From the NCBI RefSeq assembly GCF_009914755.1, contig NC_060930.1: a DNA stretch of 64,000 nucleotides; one strand, 5' to 3'. A model generated the notes under the pieces. It was not told where the DNA came from, made no database searches, and worked only from the letters and a program-made list of their open reading frames with translations. Both the position numbers and the translations under genes were made by a program. This document shows, piece by piece, positions 35,242 through 55,872 of this stretch. This stretch comes from the human T2T-CHM13v2.0 reference genome, Homo sapiens. Position 1 is the first letter of the stretch, and each line of letters opens with the position of its first letter.

Positions 35242-35803
35242 TATCAACACCTCCCAGCCAAAGTCCATCAGAAACACACCTATCGTTGAACTAGGTGGGT
35301 TTATTACTTGTGGCAGTGAGGGAGATCACGCAGCATGGGGAACCACAGGGTGTCCTAGTAAGAGAGTGCTGTAAAGAACCTACCCAGGATTTAGGCTCTG
35401 GTTGAATAATCTGAAGGTGGGTTTCAGGAAGCAGAGGTTTACTCTAGAGTGAATGCCCTCAGAAAGCGAGGCTAATTCTATCATGGGACATCTCAATAAA
35501 TCTTACATATTGTGGCAGTTGGTGGGGGAGACTAAAATGAGGATAAATCTCTAACTAGTAAAGTAGCATTCCTTCATTTCTCATTTTGGCTGAAGGAGGG
35601 TGTTTCAGATTTTCTAAATGGCAAAGTGATCTTGTTTTAGACAAAATCATGAAGTGGACTTGCTTTGTCTTATTTCATCGTAGTCTCAGAGAAACCTACT
35701 ATCAGATTGTTATTCTGTGGGATTATCTGAATAACATGGCCTAACTGTTGGTGCCAGGCCAGCTTCTGAATATCAGGGGCTGCTCTTTTTTTCATCTTTC
35801 TCA
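35242..35803 (-). mobile_element. ERV1-class solo LTR (subfamily uncertain)
   Basis: Minus strand begins TGAGAAAG; AATAAA near its 3' end (tttatt at ~35300); flanked by the 4-bp direct repeat CTAG. Confidence 0.6.
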
Positions 35804-35853
35804 CTAGCTTAAAAATCTATCATCAGGCTAGGCTTCAAAAAACCTTTAGATGT

Positions 35854-36163
<310 letters not shown>

Positions 36164-36541
36164 TCACTATTAAAATTTCATCTTTCTTTAAAGAACAAAA
36201 ATGCTAAATTTAAACAAATGTCACCAGAAACTACAAAATAGGGGTTATAGGCATTTTGCTCAATAGAAGTCACACCTCTTTTGTTTCTTCCAGTATGTTT
36301 ATTTTAAAGCTGCCTTGATATCTTTTTATTATTTGATCCATGGCATATTGGAACCATAACATACCTTAAAGTTATGATTTTAGAAATTTTAAATCTGATT
36401 ATTTTCACAGAATGCTTTTAAATTATTTTTAAGCCCCCTGACTACTATCTTAGTTGACTGATCTGCGAATTAGGAAAAGAGATTTTGGTAACATCAGTGG
36501 CTCATCTGAAAGCAGCTATTATTCAAACAGTTATTACTCAC

Positions 36542-36637
36542 CAGCTGAGAGTCTGAGGAAGGAAAAATCTTGAGTTTTGTACTACTTTCTTTGATCTCAT
36601 TCATCAGATCAGTAAGAGTATAAGTCTGTGCCAAGTT
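36542..36637 (-). CDS. USP45: USP45 exon 7 (96 nt): NLAQTYTLTDLMNEIKESSTKLKIFPSSDSQL
   Basis: tgttttcttttag|AAC acceptor, CTG|gtgagt donor; open frame, phase 0/0. Confidence 0.96.
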
Positions 36638-37022
36638 CTAAAAGAAAACAAAATTAAAGTCTTCAGATTCAGTTAAAATATGCCTCTGATTTTATGGAAT
36701 ACACTCTCAAATTTCATCTAGCATAGCAAAAGTGTCTATTTCAAAAAATATTAAGATTTAGTTGAGTACATTTTACATTTAGTAAAGGTCACTATTACCG
36801 ATAGAGCCATGGTAAAATACACAGAAGACCTTTCAGAAGCCCTGTGTGAAAATAAGGTACATGTATACATATGGTGATGGCCCAAGATAGCGTAAACAAA
36901 AGGAAAACAGAGAAATTTCTAGAGGAACATTTAGCAGTCATTTGACAGTCTACAGGTGAGCCAATGACTACATAAATTAAGAGAATCTTTTACATATTAC
37001 AAAGCTTTCTGATGACTCTTAC

Positions 37023-37162
37023 CTGCATGACTGCATTAAAAAAGCAAGTATTTCCTAAATTTGTAATTCCTCTTACAGATAAATTTCTGCATTTTCCTCC
37101 CTTCTGTATTTCATCTGTTTCACATTTTTCTTCACAAAGTTTCATGATTCTAGAAAATGCAC
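37023..37162 (-). CDS. USP45: USP45 exon 6 (140 nt), Cys box: (S)AFSRIMKLCEEKCETDEIQKGGKCRNLSVRGITNLGNTCFFNAVMQ; catalytic Cys199 codon at 37044-37046
   Basis: tttctctaacttgtag|GT acceptor, CAG|gtaaga donor; canonical USP GxxNLGNTC(F/Y)xN motif. Confidence 0.98.
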
Positions 37163-38007
37163 CTACAAGTTAGAGAAAAAATAACTGACACAAGATGTAA
37201 AGATAAATATGTCACTTAACATAATTTATATACATTATTTAAAATTAAATTTAAATAAGATTATCTCCCTGAATCAGTGTTCCTGAAGGGGAAGAATATA
37301 AACACAACTATCTTTGGTTTTATATTTTATTGCTAGAGGAATTAATTTAAACTTTAGTATACAGATCTGCACCTCACACTATATTACAGAATAAATTGCA
37401 GATGAATTAAAAAACTAAATGTAGAAGAACAGTCGAGAACAAGTAGAAAAGGTCTAACTTCTAAATACCATTACCCATGAAAAGAAATAAGGACGTCTAG
37501 GGGAAAAGGCTGATTCTTAACCCAGGGTAGCAAAGATGCAAAATGAACCCATAACATTTTGCCATGCCAGAGAGTAAGGAAGTGCTCAAAATGTGTGATT
37601 GGGAATAAGTCAAAATACACAGGGATTTTGACCAGCTCGTTCAATTCAGATAATTTGATCATAAAAATAAGTAAGGGTAGTATAATAGATTATTATTCAC
37701 AGAATGAATCTGAATTGGTAACAGATTTTTTAAATGAGAAAAAGTAGGGAAGAGACTTCCTTATAAGAGAATGCCAGCTAATAGAAGAAATGACAGAATT
37801 AGGAAAATCACCATCCTATAGTGGCAATTTTTGTATTATTCTTGCAACATTTCTGTGAATTTGAAAATGTTCATATTAAAAGTTTTTTAAAAATAAACAG
37901 AACCACACTGTAATACAATAAGTAAAATACCTAAGTATATGACACATAAGTGCATGTTTTGTGCTTACAGATTTGTATAATTAATGCAGATTTGAAAATT
38001 ATATTAG

Positions 38008-44625
<6,618 letters not shown>

Positions 44626-45104
44626 CATGTATCACCTTTTTTTTTAAAGTATTAAATAGTAATCAAATTGTTACTGAAACAGGTCATAATATTATACTCA
44701 GATGGAGTTTCAGATCCCAAACATACCACCACTTACTTTCTTATTTAAAAAAAAAAAGATACAGCAAACTCATACTTCATAAAACCCACATAATTCATGT
44801 CTATTGTAAACCAGGAGCATGAGCTTAATAAATTCAGCAGGATATAGTATTTTGTCTTCTCTTTAACCTTGTTAAAAATGGCATCCCATCAATATTAAAA
44901 TTATGAGCCAAATGCATTGGTTTAGAAAAGAACATGGGATTGTCAGTCATCTATTTCACAAAAAATAAACCAATATTCAACTACATGATTTTACCAGGAA
45001 TTCCTAGATTCTCTAAATATTTGTAGAACACTTCATGACATTTAAAAGACTATTAAAGTGAGAAATCTCTGAGACTTTCAGAGGACAATGGCCCACTTTA
45101 AAAA

Positions 45105-45480
45105 AAAAAATTTTTTTTCAAGCAGGTTTTAGGTTCACAGCAAAACTGAGCATACGTTAATGGGGATTTTCCATATCCCCCCTACCCCAACACATGCATA
45201 GCCTCCATTATCAACATCCCCCACCAGAATGCTTCATTTATTGTAACTGATGAACCTGCACTGACACATCATTATCACCTAAAGTTCCTAGTTTACATCA
45301 GGGTTCACTCTTGGCAGTGTACCTTCTATGGATTTGGACAGATGCAGAATGACATGGATCCAGCATTATAGTATCATACAGAGTAGTTTTATTGCCCTAA
45401 AAAATTCTCTGTGCTTTGCCTATTCACCCCTTCTTCCCCTCAACCCCTTTCAACCACTGATTTTTTTTTTACTGTCTCCA
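45105..45480 (-). mobile_element. L1MB/MA-like 3' end
   Basis: ttttaggttcacagcaaaactgagc..gatgaacctgcactgacacatcattatcac. Confidence 0.75.
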
Positions 45481-46954
45481 GTTTTCTGGTCTACTTTTTA
45501 ACAATACCTATTTCTGGGTGGGACTCACAAAAATGCTTATTTGCCCATTTTCAGTCTTGCATTATATATGACCTTTTTATTCCATGTATGGGGAAGGGGG
45601 AGGTAGAGGGAGTTTTGTTTCTATAAGCAAATCCTAACATCAGATGTGAAATCTACACAGCTGTAAGCATTCTTCTGGGAACCTGAGCTGGGGTTCATCT
45701 CAACTGCTTAATGCAATTACCTAAACCAGTCATGTAGTATTAATGTAATCTGCCCATTTCTACAGCTGAAAAGAAGTTTAATATTTAAAGAGTGAGTAAA
45801 AAGAGACAACTTGGTGCCCCACAATTCCCCTAGCTTGGAACCAAATAATAATTAGCTTGCCAGTTTACTCTCAAAATCGACTAACTTCCAGTTAACCATT
45901 ATGCCTTAGAAATCTTTACTTAGTCATATGATAAATTGATATTAACATAATAAATGGGCAGTTATACATATATAGGCATTCCTATCTGTCTCCATACAAG
46001 TCAAACTGAGATCTACAAAATCACTGATCAGCCACTTCTCTGCTTAAAACTTAACAGTGGTTCCTCACTGCCCTCAGAACAAATTCTATCTGTACAAGGC
46101 CCTTAAATATCTGTTCTTACTTACCTCAAGTCTCACCTCTCACCATCTTCTACACCACAAAACTCAACTTTTCAGCTGTCTAGACTTGCCTGAACCTATC
46201 GAGCTCTCGTCAATGAGCTATTTTCTTTGCCTGGAACACACAATCTGTTCCCTTTTTGACCAGATAATTTCTAGATATTCTTCTGCTTCCAACTAAGTCG
46301 GATTATTCTTCTAAATAGAATTGGCCTGACTCCTCCAGTCGAATGTTAGATACTATTCCAAATTGTTCTCACGGTCCCTCGTACTTGCTCCATCACAGCA
46401 CTATTTAAACAGGCAAGTATAACTAAGTGCAATTTGTCTATATCCCTCAATAGACCAAAAGATCAGTAATGACAGGAACTAGAAGTAGATCTGTCTCATT
46501 CACTACTGCATCTCCAACATCTAATGCAGCATCTGGTACAAAGCAGAAACTCAGAGATATTAAAAGACTGAATAAATAATTTTGATATTAATATTTAGGA
46601 TTTTGGAGGGTGAAAGTGCAAAGCTTATCTATCTACTTCCTCAACAAAAACTGGTCACATTCTATTTGGTTTATTCAGCAAGTATTTACTGTCTACCCAC
46701 ATAAAAATCAAAAAGAATATAATCCAGAGTCCAGTCTTAAGGAACCTACAGTCTTGAGAGAAAATAAGACATGTACAAACATAAATATGAAACATCAAAA
46801 AAGTGTGTTATTAGATTCTAAAGTGTGCTGCACAGACACTGAGTGCCAAAAAAGAGATAAGGATTGGGAAAGCATCCTAGAAGTAGGATTTGAGCTGAGC
46901 CTTAATGGATAAGTAAGGCTGAAGACAGAAAATATAAAGACAAATGTGCTACAG

Positions 46955-47275
46955 TTCAGCACTTCTCAAAGTGGGTCAGAAGACAACTTCCTTCTTTCAA
47001 GGGTACTTAAGGTCAAAAGTATTTTCATAATAAGCCTAAGATTTTATTTGCTTTTTTTACTTTCATTCACTCTCAATTATACAATGCCGTTCTCCAGAGG
47101 CCATATGGCATGTGATATCACAAAGGATTAAATGCAGAAGCAGATATGAGAATCCAGCTGTTTTCTACTAAGCCAGACACTTAAGAGTCTTATAAAAATG
47201 CAAGACAGTGCCACTCATTATATTTTTGTTTTGAAAGTTATCTTTTCTACAAATGTTATTTGTGTTAACATGGCA
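46955..47275. mobile_element. Charlie1-type hAT DNA transposon fragment
   Basis: gcagaagcagatatgagaatccagctg..taagccagaca signature. Confidence 0.7.
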
Positions 47276-50142
47276 TAGTATTTATTTCATTTTTATTTTT
47301 AGAGCCAAGTCTCGTTGTGTTGCCCAGGATGGTCTCAAACTCCTGGACTCAAGTGATCTGCCTGCCTCAGCCTCCCAAAGTGCTCTGATTACAGGAGTGA
47401 GCCACCCATATACTATATGATTTTAGGATAGTGATGCCTAAAAGTAAAGGAATAAAGAAACAAAAGAATTAATGACATGCTTTAAAGAGAAAGAAAATTT
47501 CTGGTCATGCATAACTTCAAAATGTGTTTAACATACAGGCACAGGCTTTCTTCTCAATAACTATTTTTACTTAGTACAAAAATATAAAAATAACCTTTTA
47601 AAATCATACTTATCCTCTCACCCAAACACAATAATACAGTTTCATATTCCTTTTATCATAAATAGGTGTTTTCACAATGTTTCACGATTACCATTTAGTG
47701 CAAAATCATATCCGGCATTCTTACAAACCTCAATAAAAACTTTCATATTTGATTTTCCAAATATTTTATAAAAATATACGGAAGCCGCATACAAGGCACA
47801 ATATGGCAAACTATTATATCCAAAAACTTATTCTAGAATGCCAAGGAATATTATTTTAAATCAAACTTGCCTGAGAGATCCTGTAGCTTGACCCACAGGG
47901 ATAATGACATCTTGCCCTAGAACTGCCAAAAGCCTTAAACTAACAACTATGTATCTCTCAAACTTTGAAAGCTCCACTCCCTCTCAAACTACCTCAAAAG
48001 CCCGTGCCCCACCACTCCAGGTGCTATTCACGGTTCCATAAACACAATTAAGGCTTATATTAGTGCTTCCCACCACCTGAAATGATTTCTTCTCTCATCT
48101 TCACCTGCCCAAAGTTCATCCTTTAAGGGTCAGCTTGAAAGCCGGCTCATCCATGATTCCTTTTTAGTTCCTACAACTGAACATTATATCCCTCTTTGGA
48201 TATTTGAAGGACTTTGGTTGTTACCTAAAACAGAAATCTTACTCTACTTGCATATCATTACTGTTTAATCTTACACCTTCTTTCAGATCTTTAGCCTCTT
48301 AAAGATTTAGTGACTGTCTTATCAATCTCTATTCCCTGAAGCACCTTGGAAATATAAAGTACTAAGGAAAAATGAGGCTTGCATAAACAGATTACTGCCT
48401 GGGGTCACACACCTAGTGACAGAGTCAAATCTGAACACCAGACCCCCTGACTCAAAGCCATCTACTGTCTTTTTTTCTTTTTTTTGAGACAGTCTCACTC
48501 TGTCGCCCAGGCTGGCATGCAGTGGTGTGATCTCGGCTTACTGCAGCCTCCGCCTCCCGGGTTCAAACAATTCTCATGCCTCAGCCTCCTGAGTAGCTGG
48601 CGTTACAGGAATGTGCCACTATGCTCAGCTAATTTTTGTATTTTTAGTAGAGTTGGGGTTTCACCATGTTGGCCAGGCTGGTCTCGATTCCTGGCCTCAA
48701 GTGATCTGCCCGACTTGGGCTCCCAAAGTGCTGGGTTTAAGGCCTGAGCCACCGTGCCCAACCTCAAAGCCATGTACTTTCCATCATACCGTCCATGCTC
48801 CCTTCCTAGCATCTTTCTTATAATACTTATTCAAGAAATCAGTAAAATTGAATGAAAATCAGACTGGCTTTGTACTTAACCTTAGGGAATCTCTAAGGTA
48901 AAAAAAAAATCCAGAGAAAATAATTTCTAAACTTGTACTTTCATCACCCATGCCATCATATCCCTGCCTATCTTCTTATTATGGCCAATGAAACTTAATG
49001 CTCATTTTTCAGCAGACAGAATTATGACCAACTTCAGTTCCAGTAGTGTTACAAGTCTTTCACCACCATATTTTCCTGGTTCTTTATTTGAGCAGAATTG
49101 GAGCTACGACTAGTATGCCTGCTGCAGAACAGAATTCAATAAATGTTTGTTGAATAAGTAAATGATAAGTGATCAAATGAATCACTTCTACTGCTGTCCA
49201 GGAGCCTGAGTTTACCTTCTCTGGTTCCTCCTCCAGTTCCTTCACCATTACTGTCTCATTAGGGCGATGGCTAACAAAAACAGCTGTACACTGGGCTATA
49301 GAAAACACAGTTGGCAACTATATTTTTATATAGCTTTTCAGTTTCTGATGCCACCTACTAAGCAATTCAATTCTGCTTCAAAGGCAACTCAAAATTATCA
49401 CGTCCATTCACCTAGCTGTTCAGTAAAAATCCTGAGGTTTGTATTAATACTTAATTCCTCCCACTCTCCCTCCCTCACTACATGTAATCCACTCACTCCC
49501 CATGAGTATCTATCAGCCTCTCACCTGCCCCCCCACAATCACCTCCTTAACCCTCTTCATGATCTCCCCACCCCCATGCTTAACTCCCTACAATCTGTGT
49601 GCCACATAGCAATCACTTATCTTTATTTTTTTAAAAAAATATGAAATTACCGTGATACCCCCCTGCTTAAAATACTTTAGTAATTTCTATTACACTTCCA
49701 AAAAAATAAAAATTCCTTACCATGGAGTTCATTACAGTATCTGTCATGACCAGCTCATCTACCTCGTAACTTCATCTCTTTGCACTCTCTCCTAACAAAC
49801 CACGTTTCTGCAATATTAGCCTTTCTTGATCACTGTGACTACTATATTATTAGCCAGCACGGCAATCTGTTCCTTTCTTTTGTAGCACTTACCAGAAGTC
49901 ATTATATATTTGCATTTTTTGCTTGTTGCTCCCACTATAATCTAACGCCTAGAGGGCAAGATAAAACTATTTTTGTTTTACTCTAATACTACAGACCAAA
50001 TAAAATTTAATACCTGGCATGTGGGAAGCACTTACTATTTTTGGAGGAAGAAACTATTATCCTATACACTCTTAACATACGTTATGTATTATTTATTTGT
50101 TAGGTAACAAAGTATACAATAACAAAATACATAATACATTAC

Positions 50143-50915
50143 TGTTATATAATAAAGGATCTGGCTGGCTTTTCTCCCCAGGTTCCTGGGAAGTACCCTC
50201 TAAATCCTCGGAATTTCCAGAGCGACAAGAGTGTCTGTTATTCATGATGGGTCCCTCAGGCCACATTTGACAGTTTATATCAACAAACTGACTCACTGTG
50301 GGCCCCTAGACAGTTTATGCTGAAGAGATGAATCAGGATGGGGCCTGGCCCTGCCAGAAAGACCAACCATGTGATTAGAATGTTGGGGGCCTAGAGACTG
50401 AGTTAAATCAATATGGCCAATGATTCAATCAATCATGCCTACACAATGAAATCCCAATAAAACTCTCCACACCAAAACTCCAGTGAGCTTCCTTGGTTAC
50501 CAATACTCTTGTGTATATTAGTGCACACGAATGCATGGGCTGGGGAGAGTGAGGAGAATGCATCCTCATTCCCTCTGGAGTGGACACAGAAGCTTCACAT
50601 TTGGGACCCTCCCCAGACTTTGCCCTATGCATCTCTTCCTTTGGCTGTTTTGTATCCTTTTTTGCTATATTAAAACTATAATTGTTAGTACAGCACTTTC
50701 CTGAGTTCTCTGACTCATTCTAGCAAATTATCACTGAACCTGAAGAAATGGTAGGAACCCCCAAATTTGTGGACAGTTGGTCAGAAATTCAGTGGTCTAG
50801 GAACCCTCAAGCCTGCAGCTAGTTTCTGATGTGAGGGCAGTCCTGTGGGCAACTGTGCCCTTAGCCTGTGAAGTCTGGCCTAACTCCCAGTAGTTAGTGT
50901 CAGAACTACACTGCA
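50143..50915 (+). mobile_element. ERVL-class LTR (MER21/MER77-like)
   Basis: ggttcctgggaagtaccctctaaatcctcggaatttcc; tcaatcaatcatgcctac; ctagcaaattatc..tagtgtcagaact. Confidence 0.75.
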
Positions 50916-50963
50916 ATTATGTAACAAATAACAGACACCATTTCATACATATGTGTCAAGTAC

Positions 50964-51385
50964 TGATATGGTTTGGATCTGTGTCCACACCCAAATCTCA
51001 TGTCGAGTTGTAATCGCCAATGTTGGAGGAGGGGCCTGATGGGAAGTGACTGGATCATGGGAGTGGGCTTCTCACGAATGGTTTAGCTCCATCACTTTGG
51101 TGCTGTTCTCATGATAGTCAGTGTGTTCTCACAAGATCTAGTTGTTCAAAAGTGTGTACTACCTCCTCGTCTATCTTTTCCTCCTGTTCCACCATGTAAG
51201 ACGTGCCTGCTTCCCCTTCACCTTCCACCATGATTGAAAGTTTCCTGAGGCCTCCCCAGAAGCTGAGCTGATGACAGCAGCAGGCTTCCTGCACAACATG
51301 TGGAACTGTGAGCCAATTAAACCTCTTTTCTTTATAAATTACCCAATCTCGGGTATTTATAGAAATACAAGAAAAGACTAATACA
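50964..51385 (+). mobile_element. MST (MSTA-like) MaLR solo LTR
   Basis: tgatatggtttggatctgtgtcc...ctaataca; 5-bp TSD agtac/ggtac. Confidence 0.9.
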
Positions 51386-52105
51386 GGTACTATGCAAGTA
51401 TTTTTACATGCACTATTGCTAAATCTTTAGAAAATATTATCTCTAGGCCTCACAGTAACTCCATAAGACAGAATTATCATCCTAATTTTATAAATAAGTA
51501 AACTAAGCAATAAAAGTGACCATGGCCAGTAAGTGGGGAAGCCTAAATTCAAACTTATCAGGACTGACTTCAAAGCCCATGGTCTAGACACGACATACTT
51601 CAGTTTCTCAAATTGGTTATATAAACGTATAACAAGGTGGCCACCTAAGAATGCATGATACTCATAATTTTTTTTTTTTTTTCTTGAGACGGGGTCTTGC
51701 TCTGTTGCCTAGACTGGAGTGCAGTGGCATGTTCTTGGCTCACTGCAACCTCCGCCTCCCCTCCCAGGTTCAAGCGATTCTCCTGTCTCAGCCTCCCGAG
51801 TAGCTGGGATTACAGGCATGTGCTACCGTACCCGGCTAATTTTTGTATTCTTAGTAGAGACGGGGTTTCACCATGTTGGCCAGGCTGCTCTCAAACCCTT
51901 GACCTCATGATCCACCCACCTTGGCCTCCCAAAATGCTGGGATTACAGGCATGAGCCACTGCACCCAGCCGATACTCATAATATCTTTATTCAAATTATT
52001 GGCTGGGCTGTCACAGTAAAATCTAAAGTATTCTTTATGAATTTATGAACTCTATATGAAATACTGTATTTTAACACAGATTCCTTTAGTCATCGCTTAA
52101 CTTAC

Positions 52106-52206
52106 TTGTTTGTGTTTTAGAAGCATGTTTCTGGAGAAAATCAACTATCTGAGCCAAAACCTTCTTATTACAATGCGTTGATAATTTTTCATCACATTCA
52201 TAACAC
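52106..52206 (-). CDS. USP45: USP45 exon 5 (101 nt): (W)CYECDEKLSTHCNKKVLAQIVDFLQKHASKTQT
   Basis: tttttcag|G acceptor, ACAA|gtaagt donor; WCYxCD closes the ZnF-UBP domain. Confidence 0.97.
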
Positions 52207-53015
52207 CTGAAAAAATATAAAATTTAAGAAAATATTATGAAAATATTCTCAATAATTTTGCACATCAGATAACAAAGTTGGTATTTAGTTACTTTTGTCT
52301 TTAAATTACATGGGAGGGAATACAAAGGGGAAGCCACCAGGTAAGTCTAGAGAAATAAGCAGAGGACAATTCATACAGAGACTTACAGTTGAAATGAAAG
52401 TTTTGGCAGTTTATCTTAGGTATAATGAAATGCCACGAGAGGGTTTTTAAGCAGGGCCATGATATGGTCCAACTTACACTTTATTTATTTTTTATTTTTG
52501 AGACAGAGTCTCGCTCTGTTTCCCAGGCTGGAGTGCAGCTGTGCAATCTCAGCTCACTGCAGCCTCTGCCTCCAGGGTTCAAGTGACTCTCCTGCCTCAG
52601 CCACCCAGTAGCTGGGATTACAGGCATGCACCACTACGCCCAGCTAATTTTTGTATTTTTATTAGAGATGGGGTTTCACCATGTTGGTCAGACTGGTCTC
52701 GAATGCCTGACCTCAAGTGATCCACCCGCCTCGGCCTCCCAAAGTATTGGGATTACCGGTGTGAGCTACCACACCCAGCCCCAACTTACACTTTAAAAAC
52801 ATCACTCTCACTAATGTGATAAACTAGATTGGAGGGATTGGAGGGCATTAGGAAGAGAAACAGATTAGTATAGTAGCAGAGGATCTGGAGAGAAATGGGC
52901 ATTCTTTATATACATATTTGCAGGTAGAAACAGTAACAAATTAGATATAAAAGAGGAGGGAAAGGGAAGTGTCAAAATAACTGCCATGGGTAGGGAGAAG
53001 TGAGTGAGACAATGT

Positions 53016-53265
53016 CAGCGATTCTCAATGTTGTTGAGAATCACTGATATTCTCAATGAGGAGTGATTTTGCCACCTAGGGGACATTTGACAGTTTTGGT
53101 TCTGACAACTGGTGAGAGGTGAGAGGACCACTACTTGTATTTAAGTGGGTAGAGGCCAGGGATGCTGGTAAACATCCAACAACGTACAGAACAGCACAGC
53201 AAGGAATTAATCACAGAACATTAACAGTCCAAATGCCAATAGTATTGAGATTGAGAAATCCTGGC
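53016..53265. mobile_element. MER20 hAT-Charlie element with a fold-back at one end
   Basis: gtgattttgcc..ggggacattt..gggtagaggccagggatgctggtaaacatcc..ttgagaaatcctg. Confidence 0.85.
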
Positions 53266-54065
53266 CTAGACGAAACAAGACTTGCTGTGAGTTGATAATG
53301 TTTAAAGCTGGAAAAACAACAACAACAACAACTGAAGCTGGTTGATGGGTATAGGTAAATTCATTATACCACTCTGTCTACTTTTGTTAACAGGCTAAAA
53401 AATAAAATAAGATAAAAAGGGGGAAGGAAATAACTGCCAGGCTTCTAGCTTGATTACATATAGAGATAGGTAAGACTCAAAGAAATAGCTGTTCTATTTT
53501 GCTTGGCGCTTATTTGGAGGCAGAGGGTTAGGAAAGACATTTTCAAAAGCACATTCCAATTCAGAAAACTACCCTCAATTAAGTTTACTCATTAATACAT
53601 CGTATTAATTTGTTTCTTCTGTATATTATAATTACCTGTTTCCTTTATCCTCATGAGATCCAGTGATCATTTAAGAACATGTGTTGGAAAGTGTTCAAAG
53701 TGTTTTATAAATGTAATGCATTATGGCCGGGTGTAGTGGCTCACAACTGTAATCCCAGCAGTTTGGGAGGCCAAGGCGGGAGGATCACTTGAGGTTGGGA
53801 GTTCGAGACTGGCCTGGCCAATATGGTGAAATACCAACTCTACTAAAAATACAAAAATTAGCAGGGTGTGGTGGCGGGCACCTGTAATTCCAGCTACTCC
53901 CAGCCCAGGAGGCAGAGGTTGCAGTGAGCCGAGATCACGCCACTGCACTCCAGCCTGGGTGACAGAGTGAGATTCCATCTCAAAAAAAAAAAAAAAAAAA
54001 CATAATGCATTACACCAATGCTACATTACATGTTCACAATCTTCTTACCCACCTTTTTCTAATTC

Positions 54066-54250
54066 AGTAATTCTTAAACTGTGGTCTCCAGACCAGCAGC
54101 ACTGGCAACACTTGGGAGCTTGTTAAATGCAAATTCTCTGGCTCCTCCACCCCAGAACTATTAAATTAGAATTTCTAAGACTGGGATCCTGCAATCTGTC
54201 ATAACAAGATCTCCCTGAGATTCTGATGCACCTAGAGTTTGAGACCACTA
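54066..54250. mobile_element. MER5A MITE
   Basis: cagaccagcagca..gggagcttgttaaatgcaaattctc..gattctgatgcac..agtttgagaccact. Confidence 0.85.
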
Positions 54251-54654
54251 AAGTGAAATCCTTATTGAACTGCCACACTATGGCACCATTGCTGTCTCCA
54301 TTGGTTCCAATGCATCATTTATATATTAAGTTCCCTCTGTTCTTTCGTCATTCTCCCCAGTACTACTACTTGGGACTCACAACAACAAATAAAAACACAA
54401 ATGCAGCTGGTGCCCAACCCTTCTGGCTGTATTAAAGATGATGACCTCTTCTGTGAGCCAAAATACCCTTATATTAATTTTAGACAAAATATTTTTATGT
54501 TAAAGAAAATCTGAGACTCCTGAAAATTCATTCAAGGAACCCTTAGGAGTCCATAGATTCAAGTTGGAAAATTATTGTAAAACACAGAGGAAGCATTTCA
54601 ACATAGTGTCCATTTATACTACCAAAACAGTGTGATATGCTAATAAGAAACTAG

Positions 54655-54885
<231 letters not shown>

Positions 54886-55336
54886 TGATCCGCCCACCTC
54901 AGCCTCCCTAAGTGCTGGAATTACAGGTGTGAGCCATCACGCCCCACAAAAAACTTGTTTTAGTACCTGGATTTTTACTTCATAACCACAAAAAGGTAAA
55001 TATTACATAGTTTCCTTACAGGTAACATAGGAAACTGAACTAGATTCTCAACCAGGATTAAACAGCAGAATGACCTGAAAAGTTTTTACAAGCTACTTAT
55101 GCCCAGCTCTTCCCTCTCCCTTCAGAAAATGACCTGACTGCTTGAAGTATCTTCCTTCTCTACAACACTAGAATTCTGTATTAGCAAGTTCACTACCAAA
55201 AAAATCAACTAAAAAGAATTTTTCTTTACATTATACAAGGAAAATGATAGAGAAAAGTAGAAAGGCTGGGCGCAGTGGCTCACGCCTGTAATCCTAGCAC
55301 TTGGGGAGGCCAAGGAGGGCATATTGCCTGAGCTCA

Positions 55337-55588
<252 letters not shown>

Positions 55589-55768
55589 TTAAATTTTATA
55601 TTCACAGGTAATATTAATTTTCTTGAAGTATCCCATAGATTGTGTTCAGGTTAAAAAACCATAAGCTGATAGAACATCTTTAAATATTTTACCTTAAAAG
55701 CTTAAAGAAAAAAAAAAAATTGGGGGGCTGTGGTTAGTGGACACAAGAACTAACAAAATTTAACTTAC

Positions 55769-55872
55769 CATATAATCCATGTGCTCAGATTAATTATAAT
55801 ACAATGGGGCTCTGTTCTGGAACTCTTAAAGTGCTTCAATGAATGTTGGCTTTCTGAGTTTTTACCACATCC
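55769..55872 (-). CDS. USP45: USP45 exon 4 (104 nt): GCGKNSESQHSLKHFKSSRTEPHCIIINLSTWII(W)
   Basis: catcttcag|GGA acceptor, TG|gtaagt donor; GCG..H...H ZnF-UBP motif; phase consistent. Confidence 0.97.
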
